Positions 38,593-50,046 of a stretch of 64,000 nt of DNA are shown here, piece after piece. Location of the stretch: the NCBI GenBank assembly GCA_024704765.1, contig JAKMXF010000099.1, forward strand, positions 196,432-260,431. Reading direction: 5' to 3'. A program made the position numbers and the translations under genes. Below the pieces are notes generated by a model that saw nothing but the letters and a program-made list of their open reading frames with translations, was not told the origin of the DNA and did no database searches. The stretch is from Oopsacas minuta. Lineage: Eukaryota; Animalia; Porifera. Position 1 is the first letter of the stretch; the number at the start of each line of letters is the position of its first letter.

Positions 38593-41367
38593 AACGAGTG
38601 TGGAGTTTGCCTAGTATTCCACCCTGTAACTTCAAACACTAATTTACTCACTTGTACACCTCGGATTTTGACCTAATTGGTATCATTCGATAGAAGATTA
38701 TTGGATGTTTTGGGCAATATAAATAAATTTCAATTTTTTACTTTTTACTCACGTTTTTTCATAGTGAGCATGTATTTAACTTCATTCGAATTTAGGGTCT
38801 AAAGTTTCGAATTTGATTCTGAAATACCTTTCATATATTTAGACAATATGGACGTTTATGTAAATTGAATTTAATTACAAAATTCCCATAACTCGCTGAG
38901 CTATAAGATTTCAAAATTGAATTTGAAACTGAGAGTTGTAGGGGAATGGATTAGATTATACATAAAGTAGCGTCAGTTCAAACTGCGCTTTCTTAACCAT
39001 TACAATACTGAATGTAGAATATTTTATGCAAATCGATAGTTGAGATGTGAACGTTTCTAACGATACCAATTTTATCGTGAAATACAAAAAAATTAGCACC
39101 AACAACAGCATTCGAAAACCATCAAATTCACTGTTTTTGTATATTACGAACTCCTACTTTGAAGTCAATTCTCGGAATTATTTACCAATAGAATTGCCTA
39201 AAAGTTTACAGATACCTTCTATCGTATTCTATAATTCAATTTCTTAAAGAAAACAGGGTCCTAGTAGTTTTTGTGACTTTTTCATCTTTTTAAAAGTATC
39301 TAGTATTTCTCAATTTCTTTAGTCTCTACAATATGGTAGCTACTGTATAGACTATCGTGGTTATCTTGTAAGCCTTACACAGCGACTGTTTCTTAATCAA
39401 ACTAATATTTTTTCTCACAAATTATTGAGTACATCATTGCTAGTTCCATTTCAAATGTTTTCACGCTACTTTGTTTATTCCCATTTTGGTAGCTTGCGAA
39501 GTACGAAATATGCTTTGGACAATAACTACATGTGCTTCATATTTCGTGGAATTATTTTGAACTTCAGCTTTCGTTTTTCACTTTTGGCTCTTTTGCTTTT
39601 TTGTATTTTGAATCTTCTTTCTCTTGCTTTTGTACCTTCCTTTATTCGCGATCATGCTGTGGATATCATGATTTCTATTGAATTATGGCGTGCTCGCATT
39701 GGTATGCACTATCTCTGTAATTCCCAATCATTCTGGATCATCATCTGACATAAATTCCTTCACATCGACTACATCTATCCTGTTTTCTACTCTATTGGCT
39801 GGTGTTGTCTCTACCCTCCTCATCCTTAGAGGCATCAAGAGTAATCCAGGGCCCACCACCCCGACTCAAAGTAATATCACGAACAAGGTAATTATCTAGT
39901 AGATCAATGGTATTCATTTTGTACCTATACTGCCAACTAGACCCTTACCGGGGCCAGCCTTACCCATTCATTTTCTTTAGATTACCAAGGGAATTAAAGA
40001 TAATGATAAGTGTACTGGTCTCTACTTTTCGTTCTTTCGACGCAATGATCAGCAAGTTATCCGTCAGCTCCAGAATTTCTAGCTCTATTTGGGGATCCAT
40101 TTGTAAGGAGGTCTATTCTTAGAATAGGCTTGACCAAAGACATAATCTATACCTAAAGTGGAAAAACAACTCATCAACATTCAGTCAATTGTGAGAAATT
40201 CTTTGACTTGAAATTCCCCTTTGGAATGTTCTGTTAGTCCGATTACGTAAGAAAAACAGTTTCAAGTGAGTTTCAGTCTTAATAAGATAGATATTCCTAG
40301 GAGAGCATCACAAGTAAATTCTGCCATAGTTAAGGATGTATTGTTCGAAAGCAATTGTACCAGATAAAAATTCAGAATATTTTTGACGAGATCATATTTG
40401 GAGAACATCTTAAAAATATTCATTTGGAATGAATATATATTTGTTGTTCTGACATCGGGAATTTGAAATTATTTAATTACTTTAAAAGTATAAAGAATTT
40501 GCGAAGTATAAAAGAGAATGATAACTAAAGCAAGTATTCGAATGTGACTTCCTATACCCAAGATTACAGTAACTGTGTATAGCCATACAAGATAACCACG
40601 ATAGTATATATAGCAGCTACAATATTGTAGAGACTAAAGAAATTGAGAAATACTAGATACTTTTAAAAAGATGAAAAAGTCACAAAAACTACTAGCGACC
40701 CCTGTTTTCTTTAAGAAATTGAATTATAGAATACGATAGAAGGTATCTGTAAACTTTTAGGCGATTCTATTAGTAAATAATTCCGAGAATTGACTTCAAA
40801 GTAGGAGTTCGTAATATACAAAAACAGTGAATTTAATGGTTTTCGAATGCTGTTGTTGGTGCTAATTTTTTTGTATTTCACGATAAAATTGGTATCGTTA
40901 GAAACGTTCACATCTCAACTATCGATTTGCATAAAATATTCTACATTCAGTATAGTAATGGTTAAGAAAGCGCAGTTTGAACTGACGCTACTTTATGTAT
41001 AATCTAATCCATTCCCCCACAACTCTCAGTTTCAAATTCAATTTTGAAATCTTATAGCTCAGCGAGTTATGGGAATTTTGTAATTAAATTCAATTTACAT
41101 AAACGTCCATATTGTCTAAATATATGAAAGGTATTTCAGAATCAAATTCGAAACTTTAGACCCTAAATTCGAATGAAGTTAAATACATGCTCACTATGAA
41201 AAAAACGTGAGTAAAAAGTAAAAAAATTGAAAATTATTTATATTGCCTAAAACATCCAATAATCCTCTATCGAATGATACCAATTAGGTCAAAATCCGAG
41301 GTGTACAAGTGAGTAAATTAGTGTTTGAAGTTACAAGGTGGAATACTATGCTAGCTTCACACTCGTG
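38593..41367. mobile_element. Large foldback element: about 800-bp inverted arms (38593-~39395 and ~40570-41367) around a ~1.2-kb spacer
   Basis: Arms are near-identical reverse complements; they give mirror ORFs 39047-39247 and 40711-40911 that differ at only 3 of 66 aa. Terminus (C/A)ACGAGTGTG. Superfamily not assignable. Confidence 0.9.
39668..39899 (+). pseudogene. 5' fragment of a CR1/L2-type LINE ORF with a 2A-like (StopGo) motif
   Basis: MISIELWRARIGMH then, after a frameshift, LLILRGIKSNPGP. Confidence 0.6.
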
Positions 41368-42968
41368 GATAATTATACGTATTGTAATACTTAGCGGGAA
41401 CATAGTTTACATGAAATTTCTTCTAGAAAACTTATCCGTTCCGCATGGTTAAATAGGGTACCCAAATGGTCCGTTCCGGTAGGTGAATTATCGAAGCCTT
41501 GAGCCTCGACTTTCGGTAGTGGCACGCCAAAACACACCAAAAATGAAAAGGAGAGAAGCAAGTTTCCGTAAATGTCCCTGCTATCTCAAAGGTCATTTGG
41601 AATTAGGCAGATGGACAAGAGCGAGCGGTTAGAGGGGGGATCAAAATGCTGGGCTCAGGCCACACCCCATGTTCGGTCATTGAGTATGTTAGATCAATGT
41701 TCAGGGTATGGGTTTCTCACTGTGGTTTGGCTTTGTCACTTCATGTAGTTTTAGTAGTCGATATTAATGCAAGTGTGATAATAATTCCATAAATACTAAT
41801 GATTGTGTTACAAACAGGTAGCATTCTGGGATTTTTAATTGAAAACAAATACCAGCTTGCCTCGCCCTCCCCACCACTACTGGCAGTGGGGATTACCCAA
41901 TGGGCAAAGTAGGCACTAGGTATAAATTAGTGTTTAGATGAGTGATGTATGTTGTGGTCTATAATGTGTATTGATATTTCAATAATATTGGAAGAGTACT
42001 TCCGTAATTCAATGTTTATAACATGCATCCTTCATATGTATTGTCACTTGGTGTGTACTAGCTATCATTTCATTGAGTTTGCCGGCATTAATTGTGGTTA
42101 GGGTTTGCAGGACTGCAGGTGATGTTTTGTTTTCGCCCCAGGCTCTCAGTTTTAAATATTTCATAGTCCCGGGGTAGCTGAGGACTAAAACAATGAGAAA
42201 CAAACATTCATTGGGTAGAGGGAATCCAAATCCATTCTATATCAATTTGGAATACAGAATTCAAGAACAAATTCATGAAAGATCCATACTTCAGAGAATC
42301 TTAATCTATCCCAAATTCATAGATTTCGAATCCTTGATATCCCTTATCCATAAAATGGACCATAATGCATCTGACCCTTCTGATCATAGATATATTTCGA
42401 AATCTGTCTACATATCGTTCGATGTGCTTAGGCTTATTTCAAAATTAAGTTGATACTATGTGCTTGTACTGTAAGTGACTAATTGTCACTTACAGTAATA
42501 AGCACACACCTACAAAATTGATCAAAAGGAAACTAGAATTAGGGAAATGTTATTCGTTACCTAGCCATTGCATGTTATAAAACAAGGCTATTCAATGGAG
42601 TGAGTTAAACTAGAAATTCCAAAAAGAAATGTAGCTGGCCAACAAGTGGTGTTTATTAGTTCGTTCCGGGATCTTACTCCTAGACGAAAAGCCCGTCCCG
42701 CCCGGGCAGCCCGAGTTATACTACCATGGGTGGAATTCCTAATTATAATAGTCTTTGTCAATTGGTTTATTTTGTCGCTTTAGCACTGTAATCAAATGTC
42801 CAAAAATCTCTCCACTATATGAATAATTCCCGGTACCCTTGTGAAATTTAATCAAACTTTGGTTTTAGGGATAGGTAAGACATAGGACTACAATAATACT
42901 AGTACCTGGAGCTCTGTCACGGTATACTGGATAAAATGTTGTTGGTAATTCAAATTGTATAATATGGA

Positions 42969-43114
42969 CATGGGCGTAGGCAATGATAGGGTCGGCGAGG
43001 CTATGGACCTACTAATAATTCTGAGACTAATAGAAAATGTATGCATGGCCCTACCAATACTGTCATCATGGCTGCGTGGGGACTACCAATGCACAACATG
43101 AGTTTACGCACCTG
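42969..43114. mobile_element. Short hAT-like MITE
   Basis: CATGGGCGTAGG start and TTTACGCACCTG end; no TSD. Confidence 0.3.
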
Positions 43115-44049
43115 ATGAATTTAGGTATAAAATATGATTAGGAATCTAAATGCTTGAATGTTAACAAAAAATAAACTAAATACTTAAATTTCATTCAGAA
43201 TTTTTGAACGATAGTCCAACTTGTCTATAACGGAAACGAAGGAACAGGCCAAAAGTGGCAGTTGGAGGTGGGCTGAGTTGACCTAGAATTCTCCTATCAC
43301 TAAATCTATTAACTACATCATGGGTTCTTAACCTGGGGAAGAAGCTAAAACAAATTTTAATATTGTAAATTTGTAATATTTAGCTAAGGTGTTCACCATT
43401 GACTCAGCATAATAGTATTACATCTGGACTAGACCGTTTAGATCCGATTAAGTAGAATCAGTTAACACTATGTATATGGTTCAATTCCTGACCATGTTTT
43501 CAGATTACCCTGGTCGACTCAATAGTTCTGGAACTACTGAATTTCTAATGACCTTAAAAATAACAAGCAATTTCCTTAAAGTTAGGGAATCTCTTTCCCA
43601 ATATGATAATTACAGGATCTATAAAATAGTCAACATAATTTATGAAATCAGCCACCATGCATCCCCAATTGTTTGTGGGGTGGGTTCAGAGGAAATATAC
43701 ATATCGTTACTAGATCATATTCTGCATTCGCCAAAACATTAAGCGCTCCTAAAATGGAGCGCAATCCAATTCCGCTCCCTCTCATTTTTCTTGAGTTACA
43801 TTGGAATTGTATTATATCTAATATACAGCCTTTGGCTCGTCGCTTCGCGATGAAATGGTCACATTGCGCCTCCAGGTATCCATTATTCTCCAAATCGATG
43901 GCCCCTGTGAGTATCATAATCTAGACATATTTATGTACCTAAAAGTAAACGAATATTCACAATATGCTCTTTACAATATCATATTCGGACTCAACATACT
44001 CGGTTACCCCAATATAGTCGTTGAAAGCATGTTTCTACCTAAATTTTGA

Positions 44050-44290
44050 AATTGTTTACTTTGTATTTATAAAAACAACAATAAATTTACATATATTAAT
44101 CCGAAAGTGTGAAAATCAGATTCAACATGCTCGATAAATTTAGTGAAGTTTATTGAATTCTATTTACTTCCTTGATAAACACGATAAATACATAGTTATG
44201 CGGTAATTTCAAAATTACATACCGTAAATCCATTCCTTGACAACGGACAACAAACAGATAATAATTGGAATTTAATAATATAGATTATCA
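44050..44290. repeat. Interspersed repeat copy (HINE-like), homologous to 15250-15495
   Basis: Same core as the 15.3-kb copy; ends TAATAATATAGAT. Confidence 0.75.
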
Positions 44291-45124
44291 GTCCCGAAAT
44301 GTACCAAGCTTCATCCAAGAAATTGTTAAATGTAAAACTTCACACAAGTTTCAAGAAATACATACGTACATATGATAATGTGAATTATTACAAGTGTACG
44401 AATCAACTAGGAAACAACATTTCTATCCAGAATATTGAATTCTTTGCAGAATAACGGTTAAATCTGTAAATTGTTGGCATTCAAATTGAACCCCGAGATA
44501 TGGTGTTCCCACTCCTTCAAAATGGACCGCCTTCTATCTTTCTCCTGATTCCTAAAGTAGTTCGCTCCAGGTTCCGCACCTTTAATGCTCTGGCATTCAC
44601 GGACAAAATTTGCGAGGTTCCTTTGGATGCAATTAGATGCAATCAAGAAAATATTCCCCGTCATCGGTTAGCAAGTTTATCAGTAAAAAATAATACTCTT
44701 CTATAACTGGTGTTTTATGATTCCAAGGGAAATTTCATAATAGGGTATCACGAAAGGGAAATTGTGCAAAAAAGGTTGAGACGTAGTATCTGAAGTCAAA
44801 ATTAGCAAACTTTGAAAACCTGTATCTCTCAAAATGTCGACAGTATTCTACAAAATTTTTGTCAACAAAAATGCAGTGTTCAGAACATGTGCATGTAGTT
44901 GAAATTTCGATTTGAAAATGCTCAAATACATTGCAAAGTAGTTAAAAATTTAATATTCATAAACGTCCCTATAATTTAACAAATCCAATAATGAAAAGGA
45001 CGTCAAATTTCATTTCAAGTGTGCTCAGTCGAATCCTGCGCGAATACAGCGGTCGCATATTTAACAACATATTTAATCATGAACATCTCTTAAGGTCCCT
45101 GAATGCCCTACACCAGCGTGATTT

Positions 45125-45432
45125 TCATTTCATTGTTGTCCGACTCTCGAAGTCCCTAGTAACCATTTGAATTTTTTTGATACATACTTTGTCAATGATG
45201 ATTCAATGATTGTTTCTGAGTTACCAGAATAGGAAGATACAGATTTTACCATCTTCACTAAGAAATACATAATCATCTAAGGAGTGTATCCAAACATATG
45301 CAATGCTTCCAAGAAGTGCTAAAATGTTTAACCTGTGGAAATAAATGTTTCCTTTGAAGTTGTGGGTTCTTCGAACAAGTTAACTGAAAATTGAAAAACA
45401 GTTCCTATAGATTAATAAGTTTACTGTCGCAT
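45125..45432 (-). CDS. Putative small spliced gene for a signal-peptide or single-TM protein (exons 45432-45425, 45332-45250, 45215-45188, 45155-45125); may extend further 5'
   Basis: Three GT-AG introns (92, 34 and 32 nt; donors GTAAAC, GTAAAA, GTATGT) join in frame to give MRQLNILALLGSIAYVWIHSLDDYVFLSEDETIIESSLTKDFESRTTMK*. No homologue recognised. Confidence 0.35.
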
Positions 45433-45816
45433 ACTAAAGCGTTGAACTCTATCTGAAGACAACCAGCGCCAAGTACTAACGAATGGTAAATTTTGGATCT
45501 AAATAGTCAACTCATTCACAGACCACATTCAAATCTTGGGATTTTATATATGTTCTCACTTGCTATATTTAGGAACTGAAAACGTTAACTGACTAGGTGT
45601 TGAACTCTGCATATAAAAATACACTGAAATCTTAAACCTAGAAAGTGAATTAAGTTGATAAATTTTGGTATTGTCGAATAGAAATAGTATATATGCTGTC
45701 TGGTGCAAGAATAAATAATAATACCAATAGTGGCTTTCTCAGTATCCTCTTCATGCCCCCATCGTACAGATCCTCCGCGATAAAATAGTATAGATCAAAA
45801 TATTGGATTATTGTAA

Positions 45817-47841
45817 TCAACTAAAAAAGAATCCATCACAAAGAGGGCAAGCAATCCTACTAAATGAATCAAACAATGTCAACAATTTTCTCATGGCATT
45901 CAATAAAACCTTCCGCTTGCACATCGAACATCGTAGATATTCATCATTCAAATGTATTATCTCCAGGGTAAACAGGCAACAATCGAAAATATGCTGGTTT
46001 AAGCAAGAGAATTGCATCTTTGAGTCATTATATTCTAATTCGGAAGCACAAATATCACAAAGGGTATCCGCATATTTTAGCATGAGCTTCTCTTCAAAAT
46101 GAAGGAAATTTTCAAAATCACTAGTCAGTGGAGCCATGGAGAATATTAAAGACTGTACTTCATAATTGAATTTTCTGAGTAATGACAATATTGGCATAGA
46201 AAGAGATGCCCTTCCATATATAACATCAGAAATGTAATTCAATTTGGAATACATTGTTTTATCAAGATTAAACAAACGGGAGGAAGGAATGGCAGTGCTT
46301 TCTTGGCATTCGTGTGATATATGTAATTTAATAAAATCCCATTCGAGGAATCTAGATTTTAAAGGTGGAACATTGTTAATAATGAATGATAGATCCATTA
46401 ACGAAAGGAATACAAGTCTGTTCTGCCGAGAAAGATGTGATTTACTTGCAGTCCCATTAGATAAATGCTTTCCAGAGCAGTATAAAATGATATAATAAAA
46501 ATTTGGGGAGAATAAAAAGTCAAGCATTTGACAAATTGAGAAGGCTTGCCTGGAGAGATAATTTCGAACATATTCTGAAAAGGCAGAGCTTTCAAGCGAT
46601 AAATGTATAAAACAGGACTGATGAATTTCAAAGAGAGAAAAGGTACAGTCTTTGAACCCGACTACAATAAATCGATCAAATAGAAAATTAAATGAGATTT
46701 GCGGAAAAGGACAGGAAATATTTATACTGATGATTTCACTCCCTAAATAATTATGAAAATCATCCAGAGAAAAATAGATTCCAAACAGAGTGTTTGCTTT
46801 AATAAAATAAAAAGATGGAACATTTGCACTAGATTTTCTCCAAATTAATCGAGATACTATGGAACCATCCTTTTCATTATAGATATTATAAGAAAATATA
46901 TTTTGACTAAGAATGCAATATACTAAAATACTTATCGTACCATCAGTAAAACATAGTGCCAAATAGGAATATCTGGCATTGTAATTTCCAGACCAAGATA
47001 ATAAATTTATCCATGTTAAGTTATCGTAGGAGTAATTGTATTGGTGTTTGATTTTAATTGAATGAAAAGTAGTATCAATACGAGTAACTTGCCAAATAAA
47101 TAATTTCCCGTCCCTCGTTCCAGCAGCTAATAAGAGATAAGGTGATTCCCTTTTCGAATTGAAAATATTACTCCAGTCAGCAGCAACTATGGATAAACAA
47201 TTCAACTTTTCAAGCATTTTCCCATAGGAATCAGTCCATAAAATTTCAGCACGTTGACTATAATGAATATCCACAGGATGATTATTTGAAATAAAACATA
47301 GATGATCAGAACTCAAGCTTCGAAAGTGAAGCCCATTATCGCTAGGATTGCAGGCCATCACAGAAATAGCTTCACGTGAAATGATTACTCCAAAAAAGGA
47401 ATTTCCATCAAAATAACACCCAGATGGGCTAAATACACAGTTTGAGATATATGATTTCTCTGCAGTATAAGAATGAAGTTCATGTAAATCACAATTTGCG
47501 AGAAGAATGTTCAATTCAATCTGATGAACTGTTTGATCTTGTTTTAACTCAACCTCGCCAACAGACCGTTGCTTCCAACGTCTCCCAGAGATATAGTGAA
47601 CAAGCTTTGGAGAAATAAACAATAATTCTCGATTTATGGGGTTGGAAAGTAGTGAAAAGTTGATATTCCGTTCACAAGGCAAAGGATAAATAAAATAGAG
47701 ATGATCACAAGAATATGTACAAATATTTCCGGAAATACAACTAGAAAGAGAATGTATTATCGGGCAATTGAATAGAGGAACCCAATCACCCTTTGGAGGT
47801 TGATTAGATAATGATTGATGAAAAATAGAAGCTCTATCCAT
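45817..47841 (-). CDS. GTF3C4: General transcription factor IIIC subunit 4 (TFIIIC90/tau91 family), 674 aa, intronless
   Basis: Only long intact ORF. N-terminal beta-propeller with FSPSGC..DG and LLAAGTRDGKLFIWQ. C-terminal zf-TFIIIC pattern CDIC..L...D..SCLNQH..CC..T...RCSMC...CPLCD, which parallels human CSLC..D..CSNGH..RC.LT..RC..CPFCD. Confidence 0.85.
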   Translation of the reverse strand: MDRASIFHQSLSNQPPKGDWVPLFNCPIIHSLSSCISGNICTYSCDHLYFIYPLPCERNINFSLLSNPINRELLFISPKLVHYISGRRWKQRSVGEVELKQDQTVHQIELNILLANCDLHELHSYTAEKSYISNCVFSPSGCYFDGNSFFGVIISREAISVMACNPSDNGLHFRSLSSDHLCFISNNHPVDIHYSQRAEILWTDSYGKMLEKLNCLSIVAADWSNIFNSKRESPYLLLAAGTRDGKLFIWQVTRIDTTFHSIKIKHQYNYSYDNLTWINLLSWSGNYNARYSYLALCFTDGTISILVYCILSQNIFSYNIYNEKDGSIVSRLIWRKSSANVPSFYFIKANTLFGIYFSLDDFHNYLGSEIISINISCPFPQISFNFLFDRFIVVGFKDCTFSLFEIHQSCFIHLSLESSAFSEYVRNYLSRQAFSICQMLDFLFSPNFYYIILYCSGKHLSNGTASKSHLSRQNRLVFLSLMDLSFIINNVPPLKSRFLEWDFIKLHISHECQESTAIPSSRLFNLDKTMYSKLNYISDVIYGRASLSMPILSLLRKFNYEVQSLIFSMAPLTSDFENFLHFEEKLMLKYADTLCDICASELEYNDSKMQFSCLNQHIFDCCLFTLEIIHLNDEYLRCSMCKRKVLLNAMRKLLTLFDSFSRIACPLCDGFFFS

Positions 47842-48417
47842 TTTTGGGCCTAATAGAAGAGTTATTCAATAATCCACTGTTCGTTTCTATAAAACAAATA
47901 TTCTATTAGGGAGAATCGAATAAGGTGCGCAGTGTGCCAAAATGGCGTATTAGGGTAACCATTACAACTAAGTATGTTCTATCTGGTCAAAATAGTAAAT
48001 CGACACCGCCAATTTCAAAAATTTCATTTAAAATCAGTAGTATTACCACTATTGGGAATATGACGTCATACTTTCAGGATCATGGACTATCTCTATCTCA
48101 TCTATAAAGTTATTTCTCTACGATATCTGGAGACAAGCTCATAGGTTGATAATTGAACTTGACATTTGAGGACTTTTATTAAATTAGTATATTTGTTCGC
48201 TCCAATCTCGAAAGAGACCAACAAATAGGCAGCAAGTCTGAAAATTGGTGTATAATTTCAAAAATCTAAGCTCTATAGGCGATTAACAACAAGTTATCAT
48301 CCTCTTTTGTCACCTGGTAGATGGAACCCTCCAAACACTATATTTGAACCAAAATATTTCCTCCTAGGCTATCAAAACTAGACGGCCAAACAAATTTTTG
48401 GGAAACAATAATACTTA

Positions 48418-49744
48418 CAGGGTGTAACAAAAGTGTTGTCCCCTCCGATTACTAGAATTATCTTTGTAATTACCAGAAATAAACTATATTCATTTGTTTG
48501 TAATACCCCCATTTCTGGAACCATTTTAATTCTTTCGGGGAATGATTGCCGCAAATTTTCCAAAATCTCTGGAGTTATGTCTTGCCATGCGAGTTTGAGT
48601 TGTCCAATGAACTGGTCCCGATTGGTTATCTGGACAATTTCGTTTATCTTCTCTTTCAATAAAACCCAAAGATTTTCAATTGGGTTTAGATCCGGAGAAT
48701 TCCCAGGCCAGTAAGCTTTCTCCTAAACACTTTTAGATAATTCTAGCACCACTCCTGAATCAATTTTTGCCGAGTGAGCTGGAGTAACATCTTGCAAAAT
48801 ATGAAATCGGGCATGTTTTCCGACATTGCCCCGCTCTGAAACATGTGCTGTATTCGTAGTCCGATTGATGGCATGTCTACAAGTCTTAGCTAATATTTCA
48901 TTCCTGTAATATAGCGAATTTCTAGTCTGTCACTATGGAATTATGTGGAGCCGTGCTCAATGGGACACAAGTTCAAAGACCTGAATTTTTGAGGCAATTT
49001 CACTGACAAGATGAGTGAAACAGCTTTGGTTGTTTTAGCCCAAACTCGATCATTATGCCGATTGGGTGTTGCGTACAACTCAAAGGAATACTCATCAGAC
49101 CAAATTATATCCATTTTCCAGTCTTCCACCCCCAATTTTGATGTTTCTTGACAAAATTTAGTGTCTTGAATGTTTTTTGTTGATAAAAGAGGTGTTATTT
49201 GCACTTAAACATAGATGCACCACCGAATCCTTCAATGCAGATTGATTGTCACGTGAGAGACAAGGTCACTACTTTAATTCGACCTCTTTGCGATCTCCCG
49301 AGTTGATTGCCCTCTTTTACCTAAAGTTTTTGAGAAAATAATTTTGTTGACCCGATTCAATATTGGCGGCCTGCCAGAACGGGTCTTGGTCTCGAGACCT
49401 TTTCCTTTGTATAGTTATTTTACCACCTCTTGACAGATTTACCGAAACCTCCACATCGAGAGCTACCTTATGCTGTGTTATACCACTCTATAGCATCCCT
49501 ATTGCTTCGAAACAAATTCTTAACTTTGGTCGCGGACATCTATTCTCTACAGAGATAATGATTTTAAGAAATCCGGATAAAAATAAGAGAAAGAAAATAA
49601 GTTTAATTAAACTGTATTAGAAATAGCTGAGAAGTGTTAGGTTTACAACAAAAATCAGTTAGTCAGATAAAATTATTAAGGTTGAGTATTATATATACAG
49701 ACAATGGATTAATATAAAGGGGACAACACTTTTGCTACACCATG
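48418..49744 (-). mobile_element. Tc1-like (about DD37E) transposon, full length, degenerate
   Basis: TIRs CA(G/T)GGTGTA(A/G)CAAAAGTGTTGTCCCCT; TA TSD; IWSDEYSF, QDVTPAH, WPGNSPDLNPIE. Confidence 0.93.
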
Positions 49745-50046
49745 TATAATAATTACGCAAACTGTTCAAATATGAAATACGGCAAATCGATGATTAACTA
49801 CAAACGTCATACAGTATATATTTGGAAGATATCGTTGCTAATGCAATTAGGTATTTACTATTGCGGCTAGCTATTTAAATGAAAGAACTTGTTGCATATC
49901 AGTATCAGCGTGAATAAGCTTTGATACTCTTGGTCATTGTCTAATCGGCAGAATAGACGGTAAAGTTAATTTCCTGGTTCTGGTACACATATAAACTCTC
50001 GTGATCCATTAGTGGTAAATTCATATAGTTTCCTTCTAGTTGTCAT

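Noticed and set aside
39047-40911. Duplicated 66-aa ORFs on opposite strands as a gene pair
   Set aside because: They are mirror images produced by the inverted arms; AT-rich, with no recognisable motif.
45817-47841. Beta-propeller plus Zn-finger ORF as a RAG2-like protein
   Set aside because: The Cys/His spacing and SP.GC motif match TFIIIC90, not kelch plus PHD, and the gene is far from any RAG1L 3' end.
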